From: a plasmid
Reading direction: 5' to 3' (one strand)
Length of the DNA: 64,000 nt
Sequence record: NZ_CP084013.1
The position numbers and the translations under genes were made by a program. The notes below the pieces were generated by a model. That model worked only from the letters and a program-made list of their open reading frames with translations. It did not search any database and was not told the DNA's origin. This document shows, piece by piece, positions 39,331 to 48,756 of the stretch (position 1 is its first letter; each line of letters opens with the position of its first letter).

Positions 39331-39513
39331 ATGAAAAACAACTGGTTCTGCCCCAACTGCGGGCAGCCGATGGAAGCGCAACGCCACGTGGACAATCCCA
39401 CCGGCCGTATCACATGGACAATCGGCTGCCTCAACCCGAAACACTTCCACACGCGCGGCTACATGAACGCCGCCATCGCCGAAATCCAACTCGAAAAACT
39501 CCTCCACCAGTGA
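39331..39513 (+). CDS. small zinc-ribbon protein
   Basis: CPNCGQ...; stop overlaps the GTG start of the methyltransferase. Confidence 0.35.
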   Translation: MKNNWFCPNCGQPMEAQRHVDNPTGRITWTIGCLNPKHFHTRGYMNAAIAEIQLEKLLHQ

Positions 39514-41210
39514 AATACGTCAGCATCTTCAGCGGCATTGAAGCCGCCACCGTCGCATGGCATCCACTGGGATGGGAGCCGCTGGCCTTCAGCGAAATCG
39601 ACCCATTCCCCTCAACCGTCCTGCAACACCATTACCCGGATATCCCGAATCTTGGAGATATCACGAAAATCGATTGGAGCCCGTATGTGGGAGCAGCAGA
39701 CATTGTTGTCGGAGGTAGCCCCTGTCAAAGCTTCTCTGTCGCAGGCAAGAGGGAAGGACTCGCAGGAGCTTCCGGACTCATGTTCGAATACATTCGAGCG
39801 GTACGTGAACTCCGTCCACGTTGGTTTGTCTGGGAGAACGTCCCAGGAGCGTTCACAAGCGAGCGGGGGGAGGCTTACCGCCAGCTCCTGTCAGAGATGG
39901 ATGCGCTCGGGTATGGTCTGGCATGGCGAGTATTGGATGCGCAGTTTTTCGGTGTGGCCCAAAGACGCGAGCGTGTGTTCCTTGTTGGAAGTCTTGGAAC
40001 CATGCGTTGCGCGGAAGTACTTTTTGAGCGCGAAAGCCTGTCGTGGAATCATCAGTCGAGCCGACAGAAGAGGCAAGCCCTTACCGAAGAGGCTCAGGAA
40101 CGCGTTGGAGAAGCAGATCATGATTCTGGCTGCCTGAATCCCGGCGAAACCCAGAGTCGAAGGGTTTATCCGGCTTCCGGCGTATATCCGACGTTGTCCA
40201 CGAGAGAAAAGTCAGGGCAAAATCAGGAAAGCGTTTTCACCCAGTTCGGTGATGATGTCGCCGGCACTCTCACCTCACGATACGATAGTTCCCCCTGCGT
40301 TGACCGTGGAGCAAACGTCGTCGTTGACGAACGGGATAAAGTATTCCTTTGCCAGACGGCGCAAACCGGCAGCAACGGGAAACTCGTCAAACAGGACGAT
40401 GTAATGAACACGTTGGATCGGACGAACAGCACCGCAGTGGCCGCATTGGACTTCAATCCGACCGATGCCAGACTCCGGTATGCGAATGATGACGTCAGCC
40501 AGACATTGACCGCACGGGCCGGAACCGGAGGCAACCAAGTCCCATTGGTGCAGGTGCAGCCGCTCGCGTTCCTGTATAACCAAGGTGCGAAGGCCCGGAG
40601 TCTAGGGATAAGTGAAATAAGCCCTACGTTAAAAACCGACCATAATCCGGTTGCAGCATTCGCTTCAAATCAGCGTGACGAGGTTCGTGAACTGGAAGTC
40701 GCAGGCGCATTGGCCGCGCAGCCTGGCATCAAACAGCAGACGTACATCTGCCGGGCCGACGGACAGACGAACGCGATGGAAGGCGAAAATCTCGCTCCCA
40801 CGTTGACCTCGCACGCGAAGAAGGATCCACCGCTCATCTATCCTGCTGAAGATTCAACCGGGGAAGATGAGCCTGTCACCTCGCAGATTCACGGCGGGAA
40901 ACCCGGCGGCGGGAAAGGTGCCTTAATCCAACGGGATATGAGCGCCACATTGTCCACTCATAACACCCAGACGCCGATAACAGGCGACCACGAGAAGAGA
41001 GATCTCACCGTCCGTCGGCTGACACCACGAGAATGCGAACGCTTGCAAGGCTTCCCCGACGATTACACCGATATCCCATACCGCAACAAGGAACACGCTC
41101 CGGACGGTCCCCGTTACAAGGCGTTGGGCAACAGCATGGCCGTACCGGTCATGCGATGGATCGGAGAACGCATTCGGACGGTCGAAGAAGCCGCCGAAAC
41201 AACCGATTAG
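39510..41210 (+). CDS. DNA (cytosine-5)-methyltransferase, orphan
   Basis: motif I FSGIEA, motif IV GGSPCQSFS, motif VI ENVPG, C-terminal motifs RECERLQGFPDDY...NSMAVPV; no adjacent restriction endonuclease. Confidence 0.8.
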   Translation: MKYVSIFSGIEAATVAWHPLGWEPLAFSEIDPFPSTVLQHHYPDIPNLGDITKIDWSPYVGAADIVVGGSPCQSFSVAGKREGLAGASGLMFEYIRAVRELRPRWFVWENVPGAFTSERGEAYRQLLSEMDALGYGLAWRVLDAQFFGVAQRRERVFLVGSLGTMRCAEVLFERESLSWNHQSSRQKRQALTEEAQERVGEADHDSGCLNPGETQSRRVYPASGVYPTLSTREKSGQNQESVFTQFGDDVAGTLTSRYDSSPCVDRGANVVVDERDKVFLCQTAQTGSNGKLVKQDDVMNTLDRTNSTAVAALDFNPTDARLRYANDDVSQTLTARAGTGGNQVPLVQVQPLAFLYNQGAKARSLGISEISPTLKTDHNPVAAFASNQRDEVRELEVAGALAAQPGIKQQTYICRADGQTNAMEGENLAPTLTSHAKKDPPLIYPAEDSTGEDEPVTSQIHGGKPGGGKGALIQRDMSATLSTHNTQTPITGDHEKRDLTVRRLTPRECERLQGFPDDYTDIPYRNKEHAPDGPRYKALGNSMAVPVMRWIGERIRTVEEAAETTD

Positions 41211-41269
41211 ACAACAGAAACAGGTGGATCGTCGCAGAAGAGGGGGCGACGTTCCTCAAAAAAACAATA

Positions 41270-42020
41270 CAGCGATAGGCCACGATCTTGTTCAGGATTT
41301 CCTTTTGTTCGGCGAAATCACCAGAAGCAAGAAGAATCATGGCCGTCGCTCGACTCCGCAAGGAAAATCAAGTGGACAACACCCTCCTAGGAGATCAAGA
41401 TCGTGGCCTATCGGTGTAAATGTATTCACCGATAGGCCACTATCGTTCGTTCTCGTTCTTACTGCTATAAAAGAGTATGTCCAGTATGTAGTATGACTAT
41501 AAGCACTGCCCGTCAGCCCTTATAGGAGAAGCGGTTTGAGCAGGTTCGTTACACCGATAGTCCACGGATTCGGCAGTGATATTCCACGGAAACGACACTG
41601 ATAGGTCACTAAAACAGCAGCGATAGTCCACTATCATTGCATGGATACTCCACGTTGCAAGACCATCGTCAAAGGCGATTGCACCGATAGTCCATCATTG
41701 GATGCACCGATAGGCCACTATCCGCGAAAAGTGCCGGATAGTGGCAGTATACAAGGCATGGAACCGTCGGATAAGCAACGCAGTAATACTGCGGAAGAAA
41801 GGTTTTTGCACCGATAGGCCATCAACAGAGACAAGAAAACAGCATCGATAGGCCACTACGTGTGGGATGAAATCCACGAATCAACTTCAAAAAAATTGGG
41901 AAACTGCACCGATAGGCCACGTGTCGATACAGCGATATGCCATCAGCATCAAAAACCGACTGCATTAAGCACTGATCTGCATCAGCGAATAAGGTGGGAC
42001 GATTAGTGGCCTATCGCTGC
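41270..42020. repeat. array of at least 12 copies of CACCGATAGGCCAC-like 14-mers (both orientations)
   Basis: copies near 41276, 41403, 41428, 41551, 41596, 41620, 41685, 41708, 41738, 41810, 41848, 41901, 41926 and 42005; about 750 bp without a credible ORF. Confidence 0.7.
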
Positions 42021-42991
42021 CAATCGCCCCGCCCCTCGTCCAAAGCACGCCGTTCCGCCTTGGGTGGGACGGACGTTGGCGACGGGTGCAGGATGATGCC
42101 GTCCCGGGTGGTTTCCACGTTCGCGGCGGGATACACGTCGTGAATCTTCTTCAATGCTTCACGGAACTTGGCTTTGAACACGCGGCGTTCCTTGATGCTG
42201 TCGCCGAAACGTCCGTGCAGCCAATCCCAATCCAATGTGAGGTCGTGATGCAGGTTGCGGAATGTTCCGGTCAGCCACACGTACACGTCGTAGGGGAGCA
42301 CTGATTTGCCGGACAGCAGGTAGTTGGTGGCACGAGTGTCGAATGGTGCCGACTCCTGGGCGAGCCTGTCCCACACTTCATCGGTGAGGATGAACTTGGC
42401 GCCGCTGAAATCCTGATTATTGTTATCGTTCAGGAAGCTGACGGCCTTCACCATCTGCATGTTCACGGAGTCGAACCGATCCCGGTTGCCCGCAAACCCG
42501 GTTTTCTGCCTGATGCTGATATGACAGTACAGGAGACGGCGCAACTGTTCCTGCAAACGTTTCGATGACTGTCCTCCACGGGGTATGCCGAGCTCTTCGG
42601 ACAACTGGTACATGCTGGGAATCGTGATGGTGTGCTGCGACGGGTCAACGGTCGGGGTTTTCCTTGTTCCCGCAGAGCGAATCTGCTTTGCCATCCACGC
42701 CATCAACAGTCGGGGATATTTCCCGTAGGGGAAGTCCCTTGACCTGGTGAGGCTATCGATACCGGCTTCGAGGATGTATTCGACGGTACTGTTGTCTTTG
42801 CTGACGAAGTCGGTGCCTTCCGCCGGGGGAGTGGCGGGGAAAAGGGTGCTGGTGAGGATGCTGTGCCCGTACCAGATTTCCTTACTGTCCGGCAAACGGT
42901 TTTCGATGTCTGAGATCGTGGCTACCCGGTCGAGCACGAGGTCGGTTGAATGGGTAGCTGGTTTCGTGTTGTCCGGACTGTTGTTGGTCAT
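42011..42991 (-). CDS. RepA-like replication initiator (paralog 2)
   Basis: paralog of 19702..20751; 14-mer array at its 3' side; motif-2 copy about 110 bp upstream. Confidence 0.5.
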   Translation of the reverse strand: MTNNSPDNTKPATHSTDLVLDRVATISDIENRLPDSKEIWYGHSILTSTLFPATPPAEGTDFVSKDNSTVEYILEAGIDSLTRSRDFPYGKYPRLLMAWMAKQIRSAGTRKTPTVDPSQHTITIPSMYQLSEELGIPRGGQSSKRLQEQLRRLLYCHISIRQKTGFAGNRDRFDSVNMQMVKAVSFLNDNNNQDFSGAKFILTDEVWDRLAQESAPFDTRATNYLLSGKSVLPYDVYVWLTGTFRNLHHDLTLDWDWLHGRFGDSIKERRVFKAKFREALKKIHDVYPAANVETTRDGIILHPSPTSVPPKAERRALDEGRGDWQR

Positions 42992-43097
42992 GGTTCTCTA
43001 TGGTAGCGGCAATCAGCGGAATACGAAAAAACGATGTTTGGTGGCGCTTGTCCGGGTTTTCCCCGGTGCGACACGCCGTATATCAAACATATTTTTT

Positions 43098-43124
43098 TGT
43101 TATTAACCGTTGATATTTCAACAT
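43098..43124 (-). promoter_or_regulatory. motif-2 copy (minus-strand orientation)
   Basis: reverse complement gaaatatcaacggttaataacaa upstream of paralog-2 rep. Confidence 0.45.
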
Positions 43125-43171
43125 TATGGCTTGTTTATAGGGTTTCTCTTTTTTGACAGCATCAAAATACT

Positions 43172-43195
43172 TGTTATACTGAATGTGTCCACATA
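43172..43195 (+). promoter_or_regulatory. motif-1 copy heading the RNA-gene region
   Basis: tgttatactgaatgtgtccacata; the next credible features downstream are a structured noncoding stretch, the tmRNA and the tRNA array. Confidence 0.5.
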
Positions 43196-43750
43196 GAAAT
43201 GAAAGAGGTTCAAGGATCCATCAAATCGGATCATTTCTTCGACTTCTCTCAAGACTGCAATCCGACAAAAGCGGATCATCCCGGAGCAAGACCGGGGCAG
43301 TCGCGAAGCATCCTGCGTAGGAAGCCAACCACTACACCACGCACGTGATGCGGACGCTTGAAAACCGAAGAGAGACACCAAAAACATTCGTGTCCAAGGC
43401 AACTCTAGCCCGCATGGGCGTGAGGACAAGACCTTGGACCATACGCCACCCTTGCAAGGTGGCAGCAGTAAAGACATGGGTTGAACGGCTGAAGTTCACG
43501 CCGTTCAACCCATATCACCTGTTCAGTTCGGCCGGTTCTGGTTTCGGATGTACCGCGACTACAATGCGGCCCTGAACATTCTCGACGCGGCAGGGCTTGC
43601 CGAGTCGTTAAACGCGCATGGAGACGGTATAAGACTGCGCTTGGCTTCGGCCAAGCGCAGCAGCCGTCAGGGAAGTGCGAACCCTACAGGCGGAACGCTT
43701 GCGCGTTCCGCGCTGGGAATCCCGGTGCTAAAGCACCGGGAGGAAGTCAA

Positions 43751-44136
43751 TGGGGCTGACAGGCTTTCGATAGCCTGCCGGAAACCATTTGCTACGTGCC
43801 GGAGGCCGGTAAGGACAACCGTCATCAACCTTGCCACAAGAATAGACGCCAACACCGTTTCTTCTTCCCGTTTCACCCTCGTAGCGTGAAACCCGACTTT
43901 GATCCCATTGCCGATTAACGGGTCAAAGCCGGAAAACTTTGAATCGGACTGGTCGGACAGTCGGACGATGGATTCGCCCGACCAGTACATGAACATCGTC
44001 TACAAGCCGTGCGGGTTCGCCGAACGCACCCGTCCACGGATGATCTTCCCCACGCAAGTGGGGATAAACCTACGCACGTGACAGCAAGCAAAGGCTGACA
44101 GCAGGCCAGATCCGAGTTCGATTCTCGGCAGCTCCA
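43751..44136 (+). ncRNA. ssrA: tmRNA (ssrA-like), tag reading frame (A)NTVSSSRFTLVA
   Basis: 5' GGGGCUGACAGGCUUUCGAUAGCC matches the tmRNA P1/P2 consensus; 3' GAGUUCGAUUCUCGG CAGCUCC A forms a T-arm with an acceptor strand complementary to the 5' GGGGCUG; tag ORF GCC AAC ACC ... GTA GCG TGA at about +95. Confidence 0.6.
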
Positions 44137-44244
44137 CGACCCTGATCCATCTCCCATGAGCTTGTGCAGACTCACGGTCTGCGGGTACAGATGAATCGGG
44201 CACGGTACGCATCGCACCGTGACGGACGACAGAAGCGATGCACC

Positions 44245-44326
44245 GGTGGTGTGGCCCAGCGGCGACGGCAGCAGACTGTAAATCTGCGACAAGGAAACAC
44301 CGGAGGTTCGAGTCCTCCCGCCACCA
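44245..44326 (+). tRNA. tRNA-Tyr(GTA), long variable arm
   Basis: acceptor GGUGGUG/CGCCACC, anticodon loop cuGUAaa, T-loop UUCGAGU. Confidence 0.65.
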
Positions 44327-44525
44327 CTATCCGCCTGGTTGCAAACAGGCGGATTAACAGGTAGCGGCGCCTTCAAGGCCGTGCTGTGGTTTTCGTTTGC
44401 ACACAGTATCTAAACAACAAACGGATTTTATCCGCTGTCAGGCCAGTCTCATTAGTCTGACAGCGAACGGTAAAAGCCGGAATGATACGCGCCATGAGAC
44501 GACGCGTTCCGGCCGGCTTCGTAGC

Positions 44526-44585
44526 TCAAACGGCGGAGCATGCATGGTTGGTGGTTCGAATCCACCCGGAGCCACGTTTTTGACA
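44526..44585 (+). pseudogene. tRNA-like element lacking the anticodon arm (60 nt)
   Basis: acceptor, D-arm and T-arm (GGUGG UUCGAAU CCACC) present but only 10 nt between D and T arms. Confidence 0.35.
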
Positions 44586-44821
44586 GGTCTTACAACCGGA
44601 GAGTCGAGGACTGTGAAGAAAAACTGGAAGAGCGTGCAAATCCTAGGTCGCACGCTTGGAAGGGGAGGTTTCGCAGGAGGTTAGGAAAACCGGTGGAGAC
44701 AGTCTAAACACGCGAAAGAATCAAGATGAAAGCATCGTGGTACTGGCTTAAGACGGTGCCAGAATCTGAGGAAATCGCGTTTAATAGGGCACGTACGTAG
44801 CTGGTAAGCCACGGAGTCCTG

Positions 44822-44895
44822 TCAAAAATATCGGATTGTGGCGCAGTTTGGTAGCGCACGTGCTTTGGGAGCATGGGGTCGCAGGTTCGAATCCT
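44822..44895 (+). tRNA. tRNA-Pro(TGG)
   Basis: cloverleaf with anticodon loop uuUGGga. Confidence 0.65.
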
Positions 44896-44975
44896 GTCAA
44901 TCCGACTCGGAGACCAGCCATCCCTCTTTCGGCTGGCGGACTATACGTCACCGCCGTGCGACGTATCCGAAAAAA

Positions 44976-45050
44976 GCACGGCAATGCGGATGTGGTGCAG
45001 TGGCAGCACGCCTGCTTCCCAAGCAGGAAACCGCGGGTTCGAACCCCGTC
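44976..45050 (+). tRNA. tRNA-Gly(CCC), CCA encoded
   Basis: acceptor GCGGAUG/CAUCCGC, loop uuCCCaa. Confidence 0.7.
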
Positions 45051-45185
45051 ATCCGCTCCATCCGGAAAACCAAAACAATGGATCTGATCCAACAATGGGA
45101 CTCGTAACCGTCCTTTCCATGGGACGTTTCCGGAGAAACATGGACGAACAGCCTCGGCATGGGCGCACATCGTCTAGGAAGAAAA

Positions 45186-45257
45186 CATGCCAGTCGCCCC
45201 GGTAGCTCAGAGGAAGAGCAGGTGCCTTTTAAGCACTGGGTCCGGATATCGTAATTC
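45186..45257 (+). tRNA. tRNA-Lys(TTT), atypical T-loop AUCGUAA
   Basis: acceptor GCCCCGG/UCGGGGC, loop cuUUUaa. Confidence 0.55.
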
Positions 45258-45431
45258 CGTCGGGGCACGATGCTTGGTACATCGCCGAGCATAAGCGCAT
45301 CAATCTATTATCGGATAGGCTGCGGCAACTTCTTCTTCCGGCCGCGCGCGAAACAAGGGAAGGAAAACACACAGTGCGACGGACCAGGGAAGGGCCTATA
45401 ACCCAGATCCCATAACAGTCCGTCGTACGGT

Positions 45432-45503
45432 GCCTCTGTAGCTTAAATGGTAGAGCAACGGTCTGAAGCACCGTGGATGCTGGTTCGATTCCAGACGGAG
45501 GCA
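45432..45503 (+). tRNA. tRNA-Phe(GAA)
   Basis: loop cuGAAgc, T-loop UUCGAUU. Confidence 0.6.
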
Positions 45504-45831
45504 CGAAGCAATCCATCCGATCAATGGACTGCTTTCAGGGAGTGATCGAACAATCGCATCGGAAACGAGGCGATAAGATGAGCCGGGCCCGGCAGGGTGG
45601 TTTGCGACCGAACCGGCGGCACGTCCAGAGGGGATCTGACATGATCTCGTTTGTCCTCGACGTTGCTGGTAAAACCCAATCCAGTCTCCCGATTCCCCTC
45701 CATCTGTCATTCAGGACGGATGGGGAGGACGCTCTTTTTGCAGCGATGGTCTCCGGAGCGACATCAATGAGGACCATGCCGAACACGGCCCGGCACAGGC
45801 GTACGTCGTTAAAGGAACGAAATGTGCCATC

Positions 45832-45907
45832 GCCCTCGTAGCTCAATCGGATTCAGAGCGTTGGTCTACGGAACCGGAGGTTGCGGGTTCGAACCCCGCC
45901 GAGGGCA
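45832..45907 (+). tRNA. tRNA-Arg(ACG)
   Basis: acceptor GCCCUCG/CGAGGGC, loop cuACGga. Confidence 0.7.
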
Positions 45908-45958
45908 CTCGGAGCAGGAAGCTATTCCGCTGCCTATCTTCGGCTTCCTGCTCCACAT

Positions 45959-46033
45959 GCGTCGGTAGCTTAACGGCAGAGTACCGGTCTCCAAAACCGG
46001 TGGGTGTGAGGTCGAGACTCACCCGACGTGCCA
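45959..46033 (+). tRNA. tRNA-Trp(CCA), CCA encoded
   Basis: anticodon stem CCGGU/ACCGG, loop cuCCAaa. Confidence 0.6.
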
Positions 46034-46157
46034 GGACGGTATTGTTTGGCTCCTTACTCACTCACGGATTCGTCAAGCCGAATGATACCGTTCCACCCGG
46101 TTCCGATCGTCGTTTGAAGGATTTCCTATTCTCTTCGGCTGTTCGACCGGAACCATC

Positions 46158-46239
46158 GCCCCGTTGGCGGAACTGGTAGACGCATCCGGCTCAAACCCGG
46201 ATTCCTGACGGAGTGAGGGTTCAACTCCCTCATGGGGCA
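46158..46239 (+). tRNA. tRNA-Leu(CAA), long variable arm
   Basis: loop cuCAAac, T-loop UUCAACU. Confidence 0.65.
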
Positions 46240-46493
46240 CTATCCGTTGGAACCTTTTCGCACTCGCTTTGAAAAGATTTCAACGGATATTCTTCCGATT
46301 GGCGTGCCTAGTTTCTTTCTTCTTTCATTGACAGGTACGGCATGTTCCAGCTGCCTTGGAGTCGGACAGTGGAAGAAAAAAACGACTCCAAATAATCTTG
46401 GATGGCCGGTTTGAAAACAGATAACCAATGCGAAATTACTCCTTTGGAAAAGGGTTGTCGCTTTTTCTTGAACCACCCGGCCATCCACCATCC

Positions 46494-46568
46494 GCTTCCG
46501 TAGCTCAGTGGAATCAGAGCAGACGGCTTCTAATCGTCCGGTCGTGGGTTCGAATCCCACCGGGAGCA
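46494..46568 (+). tRNA. tRNA-Arg(TCT)
   Basis: loop cuUCUaa, T-loop UUCGAAU. Confidence 0.7.
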
Positions 46569-46618
46569 CGAGATCCACACGAATACGTCAACCAGTTTGT
46601 TCCTTCGTGCGGATCGGT

Positions 46619-46703
46619 GGAGTAGTGGCAGAGCGGTCGAATGCGACTGTCCCGAAAGCAGCAGGGGCGCAAGCCCCCGGAGGTTCGAATCCTCCCTACT
46701 CCG
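46619..46703 (+). tRNA. tRNA-Ser-type (long variable arm), anticodon tentatively CGA
   Basis: acceptor GGAGUAG/CUACUCC, T-arm GGAGG UUCGAAU CCUCC; anticodon loop parse ambiguous (C33). Confidence 0.45.
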
Positions 46704-46782
46704 CGAACCCCGCATGAAAATCGTTCCCATGAGGGGTTTATCGAGGTTTGGCCGGTGTGCCCCGTACTGAAAACACTGGCAT

Positions 46783-46868
46783 GGATGGTGGGCCGTGCGG
46801 CAAAGGCGCAGTCCTGCTAAGACTGTTGGGGCGGAAGTCCCTGGCGAGTTCGACTCTCGCACCATCCG
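46783..46868 (+). tRNA. tRNA-Ser(GCT), long variable arm
   Basis: anticodon stem CAGUC/GACUG, loop cuGCUaa. Confidence 0.65.
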
Positions 46869-46985
46869 CTAGCCGATCTGCAGTGATAGGCCACGGGATA
46901 GGACCTGGAATCCAGTCAGCAAAACGGGTTGGATCGGCATGGCGGAACGCAGTCGGGCATACGTGTCCGATGCGTTCGCGCACAT

Positions 46986-47056
46986 TCCTCCTTGGTGTAA
47001 CGGCAGCACACGGGTCTTTGGAACCCATAGTCCTGGTTCGAAACCAGGAGGAGGAG
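46986..47056 (+). tRNA. tRNA-Gln(TTG)
   Basis: U1-A72, loop cuUUGga, T-loop UUCGAAA. Confidence 0.6.
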
Positions 47057-47164
47057 CTTAGCGGCAGCACCTCGAATTGATTTTCCCTCTACACTCGATT
47101 CGACGTTTGTTGTACCGGACATACAGGAGGTCAGGCGCCAACCCAAGCCGCGAAACGACGCCAC

Positions 47165-47237
47165 GCCCTTGTAGCTCAGTGGATAGAGCGTCCGTCTCCG
47201 GAACGGAAGGCCACGAGTCCGATTCTCGTTGAGGGCA
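47165..47237 (+). tRNA. tRNA-Arg(CCG)
   Basis: loop cuCCGga. Confidence 0.65.
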
Positions 47238-47332
47238 CGCACGAAAACTCCGCCAACCATAATGCACGGAGCCCTTCTTCTCTTCTCTCTCAAACCGTCG
47301 CGCCTCGTACGGCTCGTGCATCACGAGGCAAC

Positions 47333-47405
47333 GCCCTTGTAGCTCAACGGATAGAGCGCCGGTTTCCTAAACCGGGCGCAGCCGGTCCGACTCCGGCCAT
47401 GGGCA
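47333..47405 (+). tRNA. tRNA-Arg(CCT)
   Basis: anticodon stem CCGGU/ACCGG, loop uuCCUaa. Confidence 0.65.
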
Positions 47406-47409
47406 CGAT

Positions 47410-47483
47410 GCCTTGTTAGCTCAGTCGGTTAGAGCGCGGAGCTCATAACTCCATGGTCGTTGGTTCAAGCCCAACACGAGGCA
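47410..47483 (+). tRNA. tRNA-Met/Ile2 (CAT) copy 1
   Basis: loop cuCAUaa, T-loop UUCAAGC. Confidence 0.6.
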
Positions 47484-47615
47484 CTAGGATACCGTCGTCA
47501 ACGTCACCGCCTGTTCTCTCGATCCATGGGGAATGGGGATGGAGCGATGGATGGCATTGCAGCTTTTAGTCCTTTCAGCTTAGGCTAAGCCGTTCAGCGT
47601 CGGCATCCGATAATC

Positions 47616-47689
47616 GCATTGCTAGCTCAGTCGGTTAGATCACCCTGCTCATAACGGGGAGGTCGTTGGTTCGATTCCAGCGCAATGCA
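47616..47689 (+). tRNA. tRNA-Met/Ile2 (CAT) copy 2
   Basis: acceptor GCAUUGC/GCAAUGC, loop cuCAUaa. Confidence 0.6.
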
Positions 47690-47820
47690 CGAGTGCCGTA
47701 TTTTGACGGTTCCCGCACTCGGTAAAAACGGAACCGTTGGAGTCCCGACCGGCCTCCGTCGTGATAAATCCCCGGTCAGGCAAACGCATGGGTCGTACGA
47801 TCATGACGCGCAACCGTGCG

Positions 47821-47890
47821 GGGCGTTGGTGTAATGGCAGCACGCCACCCCCTGTGGGTGGAGATCCGGGTTCGAATCCCGTGGCGTCCG
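47821..47890 (+). tRNA. tRNA, anticodon uncertain (possibly CTG, Gln)
   Basis: T-arm CCGGG UUCGAAU CCCGU; anticodon stem CCACC/GGUGG; short, G-U-rich acceptor. Confidence 0.4.
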
Positions 47891-47931
47891 CTAAGGAATC
47901 CGCTTCTGATACGGTGTGCGGATTCCTGTTT

Positions 47932-48003
47932 GCGGTGTTAGCACAACGGTTAGTGCCTCAGTCTTCCAAACTGATTACGCGGGTTCGATTCCCGTACACC
48001 GCT
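47932..48003 (+). tRNA. tRNA-Gly(TCC)
   Basis: acceptor GCGGUGU/ACACCGC, loop cuUCCaa. Confidence 0.7.
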
Positions 48004-48421
48004 CGATACGATTCCATGCCCGTTGGGAGTTCCCGGCGGGGAAGCCATGACCATGCGACTCGTGTCCGATGATCCGCGCCTCCGTTTGTTCGACGGACAC
48101 GCGGATATCGCCGGCGCCCATCATTCCAGGATGATGCGAACAGCCCCCGTCGGAGGGGTCGGCGCGAATCCGATCTGCCCATCCGCCAAGTGCGGACAGG
48201 GTTTCCTGAGTCGTAATCGATTACGCCTCTTGTCAGCCGATCCACATGATGTGGAAACGGTCTCGGTGGAGCATGGGCGTCATAGCCCGTGATCCTCGTC
48301 ATGCCTCATGCCGTAGTATGCGCGTCCACCGCAAGCATGAGTGCAAGGATCCGGCACGAGTGGCCGGATCGATTGTGGACTGTGCGGATATTGCGACCTC
48401 GCAAGGGTGGTATCCGCACAT

Positions 48422-48495
48422 GCTTTCGTAGCCCAACCGGTAGAGGCAACAGTCTAAGGAACTGTCCAGTCCGGGTTCGAACCCCGGCGAAAGCA
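48422..48495 (+). tRNA. tRNA with anticodon AAG (class I, atypical)
   Basis: acceptor GCUUUCG/CGAAAGC, anticodon stem ACAGU/ACUGU, loop cuAAGga, short variable arm. Confidence 0.45.
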
Positions 48496-48756
48496 CCAGC
48501 GGAAGCAACGGCGTCAACGCCACCCGATCCGGTTCGAACGTCTGACGGAACGGGAACGATGCTACGGTAGGTTCTCTCCATAACTGGGACCCGTAACCGT
48601 TGCAGCGCCCACTTCCGCTCATATTCTTGCGGAATATGATGTCAACGCCACCACCCGCCCGCTGCCATATTGGGGCGGAGTGGAACGATGGTCAAGGCGC
48701 AGGCCTGCACCTCAGTGGCCTGAACAGAACCGCCTCTCCAGCATCGTATCCGCAAC

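Noticed and set aside
39231-39509. N-terminal 93-aa extension of the methyltransferase ORF
   Set aside because: It is low-complexity and overlaps a separate small zinc-ribbon gene in another frame. The conserved motif I begins right after a GTG at 39510.
43124-43575. ORFs 43124..43477(-) and 43345..43575(+)
   Set aside because: They overlap the motif-1 promoter and hairpin-rich region. No RBS or domain. Treated as noncoding.
43200-43750. RNase P RNA, SRP RNA or 6S RNA
   Set aside because: I could not find the GGAAAGUCCGG / ACAGAACCCGGCUUA (RNase P) or GGUCCGGAAGGAAGCAGC (SRP) signatures. Left as an unassigned candidate ncRNA.
44041-44136. Truncated tRNA 3' fragment as an integration (att) site
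   Set aside because: Its acceptor strand CAGCUCC pairs with GGGGCUG 380 nt upstream at the start of a tmRNA-like 5' domain. It is better explained as the tRNA-like end of tmRNA.
48560-48690. Additional tRNA (GGGGCGG...CCGCCUCUCCA)
   Set aside because: The acceptor strands pair and a CCA is present, but the total length is only about 66 nt with no T-arm. Not a credible tRNA.
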